A stretch of 64,000 bases of DNA from Phormidesmis sp. (GCA_965248535.1 CBDFJR010000002.1:704001-768000), one strand, 5' to 3'. Counted from the first letter of the stretch, positions 19,271-29,464 are shown. Notes: generated by a model not told the origin, from the letters alone. Numbers and translations are program-made.

Positions 19271-19465
19271 CTACAAGCTTCTGTCTAAATACAGTTGATG
19301 GAGCCATTGACGACGATCTTGTTGAGCGCGAAGCTGGGCAACTCCCGCAGAGATGCGGGCCCGATCGCTGCTTCTCAAAGACAGTCGGCTGAGTCGATTG
19401 ACCGCCTGACCACTGGCAATCACGCGGCTTGTTGCAATCTGCTTCATCGTTTTGACGGTGATCAT
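19271..19465 (-). CDS. Small basic helical protein (64 aa) between gvpJ and gvpK
   Basis: Its ATG overlaps the gvpJ stop (ATGA at 19462-19465) and it fills the gap to gvpK. Confidence 0.6.
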   Translation of the reverse strand: MITVKTMKQIATSRVIASGQAVNRLSRLSLRSSDRARISAGVAQLRAQQDRRQWLHQLYLDRSL

Positions 19466-19863
19466 AAATCTCCCAAAAGTGACTCAAGGGTGCTGGGGCT
19501 AGATTCGATCAGTTCTTTTGGGGAGGCGGGACGGAGCGATCGTAGCTCCGTTTCTAAACTCTCAACTCGCTCCATCAGTTGGCGGTTGGCATCTAGCAGC
19601 GTTTGAGACTGTTGACTAAAGTGCGGATTGTTTTCCCACCAGTTGATCCCCATTTCTCGCGCTTTATCAACTGACGCAATTAGTAGACGAATCCGAATAT
19701 TAATCAGTTCAGTCGTGGCTACCGAAATCGAGATATCGCCCGCGATCACGATGCCTTTATCTAGCACCCGCTCTAGCACGTCTGCCAACGTCGAACCTTG
19801 AGTTGACGTGGACATCGCCCTAGATGCGTCTCGTCCCATTTTGATCGGCGTGGTGGCGGTCAT
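19462..19863 (-). CDS. gvpJ: Gas vesicle protein GvpJ
   Basis: [21 protein letters not shown]...[22 protein letters not shown] overlap with gvpN. Confidence 0.93.
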   Translation of the reverse strand: MTATTPIKMGRDASRAMSTSTQGSTLADVLERVLDKGIVIAGDISISVATTELINIRIRLLIASVDKAREMGINWWENNPHFSQQSQTLLDANRQLMERVESLETELRSLRPASPKELIESSPSTLESLLGDL

Positions 19864-21116
19864 GGTTTCACCTCGATCGGAACGGGTTGAGCCACAAATA
19901 AGCGATCGTTCTGCATCACTTGCCCTTTTTTGACCAAAATCCGAATCGCTTCGAGGGCTTGCAGCCGCGTCAAACCTAGATCGCTCTCAATCTGAGAAAG
20001 CTTAACGCCCTCTGATTTCAGCAGATATTGGTAGATGTCTTGTTCATAGTCAACCAACTCACGAGCCGCGCTGGGCGTGACTTCGGTTTCTAACTCAGTC
20101 AGTTCTCGAAAAAGTTCAGCGAGTTGCTCTTGAACGATCAAATCAGGAGTCGGAGTGGTGTCTGGGAGCGGCTTGAGCGCAGCCCCAAAGGAATCGGTGA
20201 CCAGCGTCTGTTTAGGAACGTCTATCAAGTCGTTGTGAATCAGGTCATTGAGCAGTTGCCACAGAATTTTAGTTGCCTCGTCGATCGGGATCGTGATCCG
20301 CGACAGCAAGATATCTGAGCAAATTTCTCGGAAATCAACATCCGTAGGTGAAACGGCGATCGTGTGCTCTTTGCAGACCTTGCCGATCACCAGACACGAT
20401 CTCAACCCAGAAATTTTGTCTCCCTGAGTTTTGGTGCGAAACGCCTTGACTAATCGCACAATCAACAGCGCACTGACGCGATCGATCTCGGTTTTTTGCA
20501 CCACGATCTCTTGCTGAGTTAGCTCATCAGGTTCTGGCATACTGATCGTCACCAGCCGATCCATCAAGGCATCTTGAGTAGCGTGCACCCCGTAATACTC
20601 TTCAGGATTAGAGGTGAGAATGGCGCGAAAATTCGGATCAACTCGAATATATTCGGTCTGATTGCTGCTTGGCGGCAACACCAAAAGCTTTTCTTCTAGA
20701 GCCGACAGCAACACATTGTTCACTTCAGGTCTAGAACGATTGAATTCGTCATAAATCAGGGTGAATCCTTCTCGACACGCCAGCGTCAAGCGAGAATCGA
20801 CCCAGTTTTGCCGCAGTTCGTCTTCAACTTTAATAACACTGTGAATGTAGTTATCGACGACTTTTTTGCGCGTGTAGCCAGACTGAGACCCAATTAAATC
20901 AGAACTCTTGGCCTCATCGTCGCCAAAAACCAGCATGATCGGGCGAGTCAACAGGTCTGCGAGGTGAAGCGCTAGCGTTGTCTTGCCCGTTCCGGCTGGG
21001 CCGCGGAGGTGGACTGAAAAACCAGATTGAAGATAGCGCAACGCTCGAATCGTAATCCGATCGATGGCGGGAGTGCTCACAAATCGGCGGGGGCTGGCAC
21101 GAAGAACGGTAGTCAC
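19860..21116 (-). CDS. gvpN: Gas vesicle AAA+ ATPase GvpN with extra C-terminal wHTH-like domain
   Basis: [24 protein letters not shown] and TQDALMDR motifs. GTG start at 21116 follows an AAGGA RBS. Confidence 0.95.
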   Translation of the reverse strand: MTTVLRASPRRFVSTPAIDRITIRALRYLQSGFSVHLRGPAGTGKTTLALHLADLLTRPIMLVFGDDEAKSSDLIGSQSGYTRKKVVDNYIHSVIKVEDELRQNWVDSRLTLACREGFTLIYDEFNRSRPEVNNVLLSALEEKLLVLPPSSNQTEYIRVDPNFRAILTSNPEEYYGVHATQDALMDRLVTISMPEPDELTQQEIVVQKTEIDRVSALLIVRLVKAFRTKTQGDKISGLRSCLVIGKVCKEHTIAVSPTDVDFREICSDILLSRITIPIDEATKILWQLLNDLIHNDLIDVPKQTLVTDSFGAALKPLPDTTPTPDLIVQEQLAELFRELTELETEVTPSAARELVDYEQDIYQYLLKSEGVKLSQIESDLGLTRLQALEAIRILVKKGQVMQNDRLFVAQPVPIEVKP

Positions 21117-21131
21117 GGGCAATCATCCTTG

Positions 21132-22310
21132 TCAAACAATAAAGTCTTCTTGAATTCGATAAACGCGATCGCGCTGAGTCACTAACCCTTTTTGCAGCAG
21201 CGATCGCAGCGTATCGACTACTTGAAAACGGCTAATTCCCATCGCTGACTCGATTTCAGTCAACCGAACCCCCTGCATCACCTCAATGTATTGATAAATT
21301 TTTTCCTCAAAAGCCGGATCGCTAATCGCGTTGATAGCAGGCTTGACCTCAGCCAGAGAAGCGGGTTGAGGCGTTTGAGTTGCAGGGCGGCTAACGGCTT
21401 TTTGCGCTGGTTTTTGCCCGATCGTTATGGGGGCGATCGCGGTCGGTGCCGGGCGAGTGGACAAAGCGCTTAAACCAGAAGACGACTGACGAGCAACAGG
21501 CTCAGAGGTCAGATCATGAGAAGCATCGTCTCCCCAAACCGTGCTTTTTAGCTCGGCTCGATAGTGGCGAAGCTGCGATCGAAAGTCTTCTAACCGCGAA
21601 AACAGAACGCGATGCTCGGTTTCTCGGTCAAGACGGCTCTGATCAAGGGTTTCAGCTAGCCGTGCAGCTTGCTCATGCCGCGCAGTTTGCACATCTGATA
21701 AATAATGGTGCACTTCAAACCGCAGATTCTCTGTAAAAGCCGCAAGATTGCGAGTCAGACGAATCTGAATTTTGAGGCGCTGCTGCCGACCTTGAGATAA
21801 GAGAGAATGCGTTTCTAGCTGCAAGTCTTGAATCTCTGCTTGAACATCTTGCCTCAAAGCCGTGACGGTTTCGTCAAGAACTGCCCGAAAGGTTTGCAGG
21901 TCGTCTGCCAATTGTTGAGCCATCATCTGCCGATCGGCTTCGGCGACGGTCAAAAAATCGGCTGTTTGATCCTGAAGTGCCTGGACAAATTCACGCAGTT
22001 GACTTGCGACTCGCTGAGATTGAGAGTGACGACGATCGCTGACGGTGGTGAGAAAGTCTTGAATCTCGCGGTGCCGTTCCATGCAGTGTTGCTGTAATTC
22101 TACAGAGAAGCGTTGAAATTCTATTGTGCGATCACGATCGGCACTGGCAAGCGTGACGCGAACTTGGCTGAGATCGCTACGCAGCGCAGAGGCAGACTCT
22201 TGACGGTCTTTTTGAACGATCGTCAGGGTCTCAAAAACCTGTTGGCGGCGTTGAGTAGCTTCGTGCTGGCGTTGCTGGCGTTGCTGCTGCCAGGAATCTT
22301 TCAAAGCCAT
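21132..22310 (-). CDS. gvpC: GvpC-like protein with degenerate 33-aa repeats, Pro/Ala linker and C-terminal wHTH-like domain
   Basis: Lies between gvpA and gvpN. Q/R-rich helical repeats with DFL recurring at 33-aa spacing; the repeat region ends in STVWG. Confidence 0.8.
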   Translation of the reverse strand: MALKDSWQQQRQQRQHEATQRRQQVFETLTIVQKDRQESASALRSDLSQVRVTLASADRDRTIEFQRFSVELQQHCMERHREIQDFLTTVSDRRHSQSQRVASQLREFVQALQDQTADFLTVAEADRQMMAQQLADDLQTFRAVLDETVTALRQDVQAEIQDLQLETHSLLSQGRQQRLKIQIRLTRNLAAFTENLRFEVHHYLSDVQTARHEQAARLAETLDQSRLDRETEHRVLFSRLEDFRSQLRHYRAELKSTVWGDDASHDLTSEPVARQSSSGLSALSTRPAPTAIAPITIGQKPAQKAVSRPATQTPQPASLAEVKPAINAISDPAFEEKIYQYIEVMQGVRLTEIESAMGISRFQVVDTLRSLLQKGLVTQRDRVYRIQEDFIV

Positions 22311-22352
22311 GATGGTGGGCTTCCTTATTAAATCTGGCGGTTACTCATGCTG

Positions 22353-22382
22353 AAAAACTGAGGAGCAAGTCTGCCCCCCAGT
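22353..22382 (-). terminator. Stem-loop plus U-tract directly after gvpA (partial terminator or mRNA stabiliser)
   Basis: Minus strand ACTGGGGGGCAGACTTGCTCCTCAGT-TTTT. Confidence 0.6.
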
Positions 22383-22397
22383 CGTTAGGATCGATCC

Positions 22398-22616
22398 CTA
22401 GCTTGCAGGAACGGCTGCTTGAGAGGTCAAACCGACTGCTTCTGCATATTTCAAGTAGGTTTCGACGGATGCAATCACGACACGAGCCTCGATCGCCAAT
22501 AGCTCAATGCCTACGAGAGAGACGCGAACCCAAGCATCAATGACAATGCCTTTGTCAAGAATGCGATCGACCACTTCAGCCAGACTAGACGAAGAGTTTA
22601 CTTTTTCAACAGCCAT
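22398..22616 (-). CDS. gvpA: Major gas vesicle structural protein GvpA
   Basis: [40 protein letters not shown]...YLKYAEAVG, 72 aa from ATG 22616. Confidence 0.98.
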   Translation of the reverse strand: MAVEKVNSSSSLAEVVDRILDKGIVIDAWVRVSLVGIELLAIEARVVIASVETYLKYAEAVGLTSQAAVPAS

Positions 22617-22887
22617 GGTTGTAATTCCCTGAGAGTGCGGTGATTTTAATCGGCCTAGCCTTCGCTTTAGACTTGCTTCAGAGGTTTCGGCTTCTACTGT
22701 TAAGGTAAGCTTCACATCCCCCAAACTCGCATAGCGCAAACACTGAACCTACCGAGGTAAGCTTTTCGATAAGTAGCGAAATCACTGACTCTTTTCGTTT
22801 GATTCCAATCTCAATTCTCACTTTTCACCGATTGCTTAAGCTCAGTGCAGGTATTTTCAACGAGAAACCCCCTACTGATTTATCTAG

Positions 22888-24708
22888 CTAAGATGAACCA
22901 GTCCGACGCTGACTGAGCAGGGTTTGATAAGCCGCCATAAAGTCAGCCATTGTGATTTGAATGCAAAGCGGGTCGGTTAGCCCTTGGGTGCGATAACGAC
23001 GAATGGCTTCTAGCGCCGCTTGGTTGCTGAGAAGGGCCAAGTCTGCACCGTTCCAGCCTGTGGTTTGATGCGCTAGGCTCGTTAAGTCAACGTCTGCGAG
23101 GGGACGATCGCGGTTATGAACTTGCAAAATCGATCGCCGACTCGTTTCATCTGGCAAGTCTACTTTTAGCTGAAGATCAAGCCGTCCGGCTCTCAATAGG
23201 GCTGGATCGATCGCGTCAGGGCGGTTGGTGGCTCCGATCAGCAGTACATCCACACAGGCTTGCAGACCATCTAGCTCTGTCAAGAGTTGACCGACCACCC
23301 GATCGCTCACGCCAGAATCGCCATTAAATTTTCCGCGCACCGGAGCTAACGTATCAATTTCGTCAATAAAAATTACGCAGGGAGAAGCTTGGCGCGCTTT
23401 GGCAAAGAGGTCTCTCACCTCTTGTTCGGCTGCGCCCACCCAGCGACTTAACAACTCAGCCCCGTTGATGGCGATAAAGTTGGCTCTGGCTTGAGACGCG
23501 ATCGCTTTAGCCAGCAATGTTTTTCCAGTTCCTGGCGGACCCCACAGCAAAATTCCACGAGGAGCCTTTGCGCCTGTCTGCTGATAGAGTTCGGGATACA
23601 GCAACGCCCCTTCGACCGATTCTTGCAGGGTTTGCTTAATGTCTTTTAAGCCACCAATTTCATCCCACGAGAGATTGGGCGACTCGATTTCGACCGATCG
23701 CAGCACCGAGGGTTTTATCTCTCTCAGAGCGTGCAGAAAGTCAGATGGCTCGATTGTCATCACCTCTGGGAGCGGCGCTTGAAGTGACGGCACTTGCCGA
23801 CGCAGCGCGGTGTAAGCGGCTTTCTGGCAGACTGCTTTGAGATCAGCGCCCACCATGCCCACGGAGAGATCGGCGATCGTGCCCAAGTCTACGGCTCGAT
23901 CGAGCGGCATTGCACGAGTGAGAATCGTGAGAATCTCTAGCCGCCCGTTGCGATCGGGCACCCGATATTGCACTTCACGATCAAACCGACCCGGCCGACG
24001 CAATGCCGGATCGAGATGATCGGGGCGGTTGGTGGCAGCCAGCACGATTACGCCTTCGGTGCGCGCAAAGCCATCCATTAACGTCAGCAGTTGGGCAACG
24101 ACGCGCTTTTCGACTTCGCCTTCGACTTTGCTGCGATCGGGGGCGAGACTGTCTATTTCATCAATAAAAATCAGGCAAGGAGCCGCTTTTGCAGCTTTCT
24201 CAAACACGCCTCGCAAGCGCGTTTCGGCCTCTCCGTAATATTTGCCCATGATTTCCGGCCCGGCGATCGCGATGTAGCTCACGCCCAATTCTTCAGCTAA
24301 AACGCGAGCCGTCAAGGTTTTTCCAGTTCCCGGCGGGCCGACCAGCAAAACGCCTTTGACCGCTTCTAACCCCAGCCTCGCCAACAAATCAGGACGCTTG
24401 AGAGGAATCTCAATCAGTTCTTTGAGTTCTTTCATGACCTCTCCCAATCCCCCCACATCCTTTAAAGAAGCCGGGTTGTCTTGACTGGGAGGAGTCACCA
24501 CCACCTCTGGCTCTTTAACCGAGGCGGCATCGTCTACTCGGATGCGACTCACGCCAACACTGCTGGGACTATTGCCCCGACGCGGAATGCTGCTGAGATG
24601 GCGGGAATTAATCTGAATATCCGTCTTGAGTTCTCCCTTCTCAGCTTTTTCTTCTAACGCTTTAGCTAGTTCTAATAACTGCTCGAACCCTTTAAAAAAA
24701 TCACTCAT
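22888..24708 (-). CDS. Cdc48/p97-like tandem AAA+ ATPase lacking the usual N-domain
   Basis: Two GPPGTGKT Walker A and two FIDEID Walker B motifs, ATNRP, RRPGRFDRE and RAGRLD. Start probably ATG 24708. Confidence 0.9.
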   Translation of the reverse strand: MSDFFKGFEQLLELAKALEEKAEKGELKTDIQINSRHLSSIPRRGNSPSSVGVSRIRVDDAASVKEPEVVVTPPSQDNPASLKDVGGLGEVMKELKELIEIPLKRPDLLARLGLEAVKGVLLVGPPGTGKTLTARVLAEELGVSYIAIAGPEIMGKYYGEAETRLRGVFEKAAKAAPCLIFIDEIDSLAPDRSKVEGEVEKRVVAQLLTLMDGFARTEGVIVLAATNRPDHLDPALRRPGRFDREVQYRVPDRNGRLEILTILTRAMPLDRAVDLGTIADLSVGMVGADLKAVCQKAAYTALRRQVPSLQAPLPEVMTIEPSDFLHALREIKPSVLRSVEIESPNLSWDEIGGLKDIKQTLQESVEGALLYPELYQQTGAKAPRGILLWGPPGTGKTLLAKAIASQARANFIAINGAELLSRWVGAAEQEVRDLFAKARQASPCVIFIDEIDTLAPVRGKFNGDSGVSDRVVGQLLTELDGLQACVDVLLIGATNRPDAIDPALLRAGRLDLQLKVDLPDETSRRSILQVHNRDRPLADVDLTSLAHQTTGWNGADLALLSNQAALEAIRRYRTQGLTDPLCIQITMADFMAAYQTLLSQRRTGSS

Positions 24709-24862
24709 TGGCTCATAGCGCTCTACGCAAAATGGGTTGATCAAAGAATCTCGATCGCCGTCTCCTTTCAGCCCGAAGCATGGGGAAACCTAAGATCAAG
24801 TGTTCCCCGAAAGACTTTTCCGAGATCCTTCTCCCTGTTGCAGACCTTATCAAAGCGCCCTT

Positions 24863-26758
24863 ATGAACCAATTTGACTCGCTGAATCTCGTCATGTTTAG
24901 CGGTAAAGGAGGAGTCGGAAAAACAACGATCTCCTGTGGGTTTGCTCGACGATGGGCAAAACAGTTTCCTGACGAAAAGATTTTGCTGCTGTCTACCGAT
25001 CCGGCTCATTCTCTAGGGGATGTGCTGCAACTAGAAGTCAGCAATGCTCCGCAGTCAGCCCAAGATTTGCCTAACTTAAGCATTAGGGCGCTAGATGCCG
25101 AAGTGCTGCTGCAAGACTTTAAAACGCTCTATGGAACCGTGCTAGAACTGCTGGTGGAGCGAGGCAGCTTTGTTCAAAAAGAGGACTTGTCGCCGATTTG
25201 GGATTTGAGTTGGCCTGGGCTTGACGAACTCATGGGCATTTTAGAAATTCAGCGATTGCTGCGAGAAAAAGTCGTCGATCGCGTCGTTGTAGACATGGCT
25301 CCTAGCGGCCACACATTAAATCTCTTCAGCTTGATGGATTTTCTAGATGAATTTTTGGCCGCCCTGGCGCTATTTCAAGAAAAGCATCAAGTGATTCGTC
25401 AGACTTTCACAGGGCGCTACACGTCAGATGAGGCCGATCAGTTCTTATCAGAGATGAAATCAGATCTCGCAAACGGGCGGCAACTCCTGCAAGATCAAAC
25501 CCAAACCGCCTGCTTAGTGGTCGCGATCGCTGAGTGGATGAGTCTCTTAGAAACTAAGCGATTTCTAGAGGCGCTAGAAGTGCTTCACATTCCCTTCGGG
25601 GGCTTGTTCATCAATCAAATTCTGTCGCCCACCAGCAGCGCCGAGCCATACGGCGATCAGCAGCACATTATTGTTAAGTTTCTCGATTTGATCAGATCCG
25701 AGCCAGTTCTGATCTCCTTTCAACAGCCTTCAGAGCCGATCGGGGCGGTGGCGATCGACCAATTAATCAGCCAAGTCCAGATCCCAGATACGCCATCTTC
25801 TCAGCTAGTTTCGCAACCGACTGAGTTTCCCCAACCCCTTTCACCGGGTCTGGGAGACTTTATAGCCGAAGGTCGGCAACTGATCATCGTGGGTGGAAAA
25901 GGCGGAGTGGGCAAAACGACGGTAGCGGCAGCGATCGCTTGGGGCATGGCACACCAGCATCCTGAAAAGAACGTTCGGGTGATCTCGATCGATCCGGCTC
26001 ATTCCTTAGGCGACGCACTGGGAACTCAGCTTGAACATTTGCCGACATCCGTGACCGCAAATCTGAGCGCTCAAGAAATCGATGCTCATCAAGTTCTTGA
26101 ACAATTTCGAGAAGACTATCTCTGGGAACTTGCAGAGATGATGAGTGGTGAATCTAGCACAGCAGACAGCAGCCTCAAGATTGCCTATGCCCCAGAAGCG
26201 TGGCGAAGAATCGTTTCTCAAGCACTTCCAGGCATTGACGAAATGCTGTCTCTGATTAGAGTCATGGAGTTATTAGAGTCTAAAGAACAAGATTTAATTG
26301 TTCTAGACAGCGCTCCTACTGGGCATTTGCTGCGATTTTTAGAAATGCCAACCGCTCTGGGTGACTGGTTGTCGTGGATCTTTAAACTGTGGATCAAATA
26401 TCAAGACGTGCTGGGACGCACAGAGTTAATGGGGCGGCTCCGCACTCTGCGCCAGCGAGTGATGCAGACTCAAAAAAAGCTGAAAGACCCTCAGCACACA
26501 GAGTTTATTGGTGTGTTTCAGTCACGATCGGCGATTGTTGCCGAAACAAAACGACTCTCAGACTCTCTGACAACCCTGGGCATTAGCCAGCGCTATCTAG
26601 TCAACAATCGGTGTGAACCAGAGAATCTGATTTCGGCGAGTCTTTTTCCGAGTCAAGCGATCGTGCATTTGCCCCGGCTGCCGCGCTCAATTCCTCCCGC
26701 CGAACAGGTTGCAGGAGCCGCTCATCTGCTTTTCTCTAAGATTGACGATAATCGATGA
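24863..26758 (+). CDS. Tandem ArsA/Get3 (TRC40)-family ATPase
   Basis: Two GKGGVGKTT and two DPAHSLGD motifs, plus DMAPSGH and DSAPTGH. Start probably ATG 24863. Confidence 0.9.
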   Translation: MNQFDSLNLVMFSGKGGVGKTTISCGFARRWAKQFPDEKILLLSTDPAHSLGDVLQLEVSNAPQSAQDLPNLSIRALDAEVLLQDFKTLYGTVLELLVERGSFVQKEDLSPIWDLSWPGLDELMGILEIQRLLREKVVDRVVVDMAPSGHTLNLFSLMDFLDEFLAALALFQEKHQVIRQTFTGRYTSDEADQFLSEMKSDLANGRQLLQDQTQTACLVVAIAEWMSLLETKRFLEALEVLHIPFGGLFINQILSPTSSAEPYGDQQHIIVKFLDLIRSEPVLISFQQPSEPIGAVAIDQLISQVQIPDTPSSQLVSQPTEFPQPLSPGLGDFIAEGRQLIIVGGKGGVGKTTVAAAIAWGMAHQHPEKNVRVISIDPAHSLGDALGTQLEHLPTSVTANLSAQEIDAHQVLEQFREDYLWELAEMMSGESSTADSSLKIAYAPEAWRRIVSQALPGIDEMLSLIRVMELLESKEQDLIVLDSAPTGHLLRFLEMPTALGDWLSWIFKLWIKYQDVLGRTELMGRLRTLRQRVMQTQKKLKDPQHTEFIGVFQSRSAIVAETKRLSDSLTTLGISQRYLVNNRCEPENLISASLFPSQAIVHLPRLPRSIPPAEQVAGAAHLLFSKIDDNR

Positions 26759-26844
26759 TAGTTCGGAAGAGCACTTGGTTTCTACTACACGATCGCCCTT
26801 TTGAGAAACATGAGAAGACCTTTCTACAAATATTGTGAGAATCC

Positions 26845-26873
26845 TTTACAAAGCTTAAAGTCTCGTTTATTGT
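26845..26873 (+). promoter_or_regulatory. Candidate psbA promoter
   Basis: TTTACA-N17-TATTGT about 60 nt upstream of the ATG; TTTACAAA is also an HLR1 half-site. Confidence 0.55.
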
Positions 26874-26933
26874 AGAGAGGTAGGTCGGGAAACCGCCCTG
26901 CCACCCATACATTCCAAAGCACTCATTATTACC

Positions 26934-28016
26934 ATGACAACTACGATTCAAAGACGCGAAAGCGCCAACCTGTGGGAGCAGTTTTGCTCTTGGGTCACCA
27001 GCACCGACAACCGCCTGTATGTAGGCTGGTTCGGGGTTCTGATGATTCCCACCCTACTTTCTGCGACCATCTGCTTCATCATCGCGTTCATCGCAGCGCC
27101 TCCTGTAGACATCGACGGCATCCGCGAGCCAGTAGCCGGTTCCTTAATGTACGGCAACAACATCATCTCCGGTGCTGTGGTTCCGTCCTCTAACGCCATT
27201 GGCTTACACTTCTACCCGATTTGGGAAGCCGCATCCTTAGACGAGTGGCTGTACAACGGCGGACCTTACCAACTCGTGGTTCTGCACTTCCTGCTCGGCA
27301 TCTTCTGCTACATGGGACGTGAGTGGGAACTGTCCTACCGACTCGGCATGCGTCCGTGGATCTGCGTCGCTTACTCCGCACCTGTGGCGGCTGCAACGGC
27401 GGTCTTCTTGATCTACCCGATCGGACAAGGGTCTTTCTCGGACGGCATGCCCCTCGGCATCAGTGGCACGTTCAACTTCATGTTAGTGTTTCAAGCCGAG
27501 CACAACATCTTGATGCACCCCTTCCACATGTTGGGAGTCGCTGGAGTCTTCGGTGGTAGCTTATTCAGTGCCATGCACGGTTCGTTGGTGACCTCCTCGC
27601 TAGTGAGAGAGACGACCGAGAACGAATCGCAGAATGCAGGCTACAAGTTTGGGCAAGAAGAAGAGACCTACAACATCGTGGCAGCGCACGGCTACTTCGG
27701 TCGGTTGATCTTCCAATACGCGTCGTTTAACAACTCACGTTCCTTGCACTTCCTGCTCGGCGCATGGCCAGTCGTAGGCATCTGGTTCACGGCACTGGGC
27801 GTGAGCACGATGGCATTCAACCTGAACGGGTTCAACTTCAACCAGAGCATCATCGACTCTCAGGGTCGAGTGGTGAGCACCTGGGCAGATGTGATCAACC
27901 GTGCCAACTTGGGGATGGAAGTGATGCACGAGCGGAACGCTCACAACTTCCCTCTAGATTTGGCATCGGGAGATGCGGCACCTGTCGCACTCTCTGCGCC
28001 TTCCATCCACGGATAA
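26934..28016 (+). CDS. psbA: Photosystem II D1 protein (Glu130, high-light D1:2 type)
   Basis: 360 aa canonical D1 with [10 protein letters not shown] and [13 protein letters not shown]. Confidence 0.99.
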   Translation: MTTTIQRRESANLWEQFCSWVTSTDNRLYVGWFGVLMIPTLLSATICFIIAFIAAPPVDIDGIREPVAGSLMYGNNIISGAVVPSSNAIGLHFYPIWEAASLDEWLYNGGPYQLVVLHFLLGIFCYMGREWELSYRLGMRPWICVAYSAPVAAATAVFLIYPIGQGSFSDGMPLGISGTFNFMLVFQAEHNILMHPFHMLGVAGVFGGSLFSAMHGSLVTSSLVRETTENESQNAGYKFGQEEETYNIVAAHGYFGRLIFQYASFNNSRSLHFLLGAWPVVGIWFTALGVSTMAFNLNGFNFNQSIIDSQGRVVSTWADVINRANLGMEVMHERNAHNFPLDLASGDAAPVALSAPSIHG

Positions 28017-28045
28017 TCTCAGCTTCGGTTGAGTGAGTCTGAATC

Positions 28046-28079
28046 AAAAAAGCCCTCCACATCGCGTGGAGGGCTTTTT
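28046..28079. terminator. Bidirectional intrinsic terminator between psbA and miaB
   Basis: AAAAAAGCCCTCCAC-ATCGC-GTGGAGGGCTTTTT. Confidence 0.9.
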
Positions 28080-28096
28080 AGGTTTTTTAATCTGAT

Positions 28097-29464
28097 CTAA
28101 GGCTGTAGACAAGCTGTAACTAAGGGTTCTGCGGTGAGGCTGAACGATCGTACCTGAGTGATTTTGACTTTAACTAACTGGCCTCTTAGGTTGCTGATAT
28201 CCCCTGCAAAAAAGGTGAGACGATTGCCACGAGTGCGTCCCATGACTTGAGTCGGATCTTTAAGATTTTGATCTTCGACTAAGATCTCTTCAACCCGATC
28301 GTGATATCGCTGCGATCGCTCTGCTGCTTGAGTGCTGCCCAGATGATTAATGCGTTGCAGTCGGTCTTTTTTTACGTCTTCACTTAGCTGATTGTCCCAA
28401 AGGGCGGCTGGGGTGCCGGGTCGAGGCGAGTAGGCGGCAGTGTTGATCAGGTCGAAGCCGATGTCTTCAATTAGCTTGAGGGTGTTTTCAAATTGGGCTT
28501 CGGTTTCGCCAGGGAACCCCACGATCGCGTCGGCACTGATGGAGGCATCGGGCATATAGCTGCGAATGGTTTCAATAATGCGGCGATATTTTTCGTGGGT
28601 GTAGCCCCTTGCCATTGCTTTGAGGAGATCGTTGTCACCGGACTGAAAGGGAATGTGAAAGTGTTCGCAGACTTTGGGCAGTTCGGCACAGGCGCGGATC
28701 AGGCGCTCGGTGAAGTAGCGAGGATGACTAGTGGCAAACCGAATGCGATCGATGCCTGGCACGTCGTGAACGTGGTAAAGCAAATCGGTCAGGGTGTTTT
28801 TGTGTCGTCCTTCGGGGGTGGTTCCGGGCAAGTCGCGACCATAGGCATCGATATTTTGCCCTAATAGGGTGATTTCTTTGTAGCCTTGTTGCCCCAATTC
28901 TTCCATTTCGGCTCGAATCGCGTCGGGGGTGCGAGATTGTTCGACTCCGCGCACGCTGGGAACTACGCAGTAAGTACAGCGCTCGTTGCAGCCGTAGATG
29001 ACGTTGACCCAGGCGCTAACGCGGCTGTCACGGCGGGGTTTGGTGATGTCTTCAACAATGTGAATGGGGTCGGTGGCGACGACTTGGTTGCCGTTAAACA
29101 CTTGCTCTAACAGGTCTTCTAGACGGTTGGCGTGTTGGGGGCCCATTACGAGGTCGAGTTCTGGAACGCGGCGCAAGAGGGTTTCGCCTTCTTGTTGGGC
29201 GACACATCCCGCCACGATTAACGTGAGGTTGGGATTTTCGTGCTTGCGGGCGGCTTGTTTGCCCAGGTGAGAATAAACTTTTTGCTCGGCGTTGTCGCGA
29301 ATTGAGCAGGTGTTATAGAGAACGAGATCTGCATTGAGGGCTTCTTCTGTCCACTCGTAGCCCATGACTTCTAGGATGCCAGCCATGCGCTCGGAGTCGG
29401 CTTTGTTCATCTGACATCCGAAGGTGGTGATATGGTAGCGGCGACGATCGGGCATGGGGTTCAA
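28097..29464 (-). CDS. miaB: tRNA-i6A37 methylthiotransferase
   Basis: TFGCQMN, NTCSIR, radical-[11 protein letters not shown] and a TRAM domain. Confidence 0.97.
   Translation of the reverse strand: MNPMPDRRRYHITTFGCQMNKADSERMAGILEVMGYEWTEEALNADLVLYNTCSIRDNAEQKVYSHLGKQAARKHENPNLTLIVAGCVAQQEGETLLRRVPELDLVMGPQHANRLEDLLEQVFNGNQVVATDPIHIVEDITKPRRDSRVSAWVNVIYGCNERCTYCVVPSVRGVEQSRTPDAIRAEMEELGQQGYKEITLLGQNIDAYGRDLPGTTPEGRHKNTLTDLLYHVHDVPGIDRIRFATSHPRYFTERLIRACAELPKVCEHFHIPFQSGDNDLLKAMARGYTHEKYRRIIETIRSYMPDASISADAIVGFPGETEAQFENTLKLIEDIGFDLINTAAYSPRPGTPAALWDNQLSEDVKKDRLQRINHLGSTQAAERSQRYHDRVEEILVEDQNLKDPTQVMGRTRGNRLTFFAGDISNLRGQLVKVKITQVRSFSLTAEPLVTACLQP

Noticed and set aside
22617..22739. N-terminal extension of GvpA
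   Set aside because: Canonical GvpA begins MAVEK at 22616, after an RBS-like AGGGA.
24863..26758. Arsenic resistance operon
   Set aside because: No other ars genes are present, and the context is the gvp cluster.
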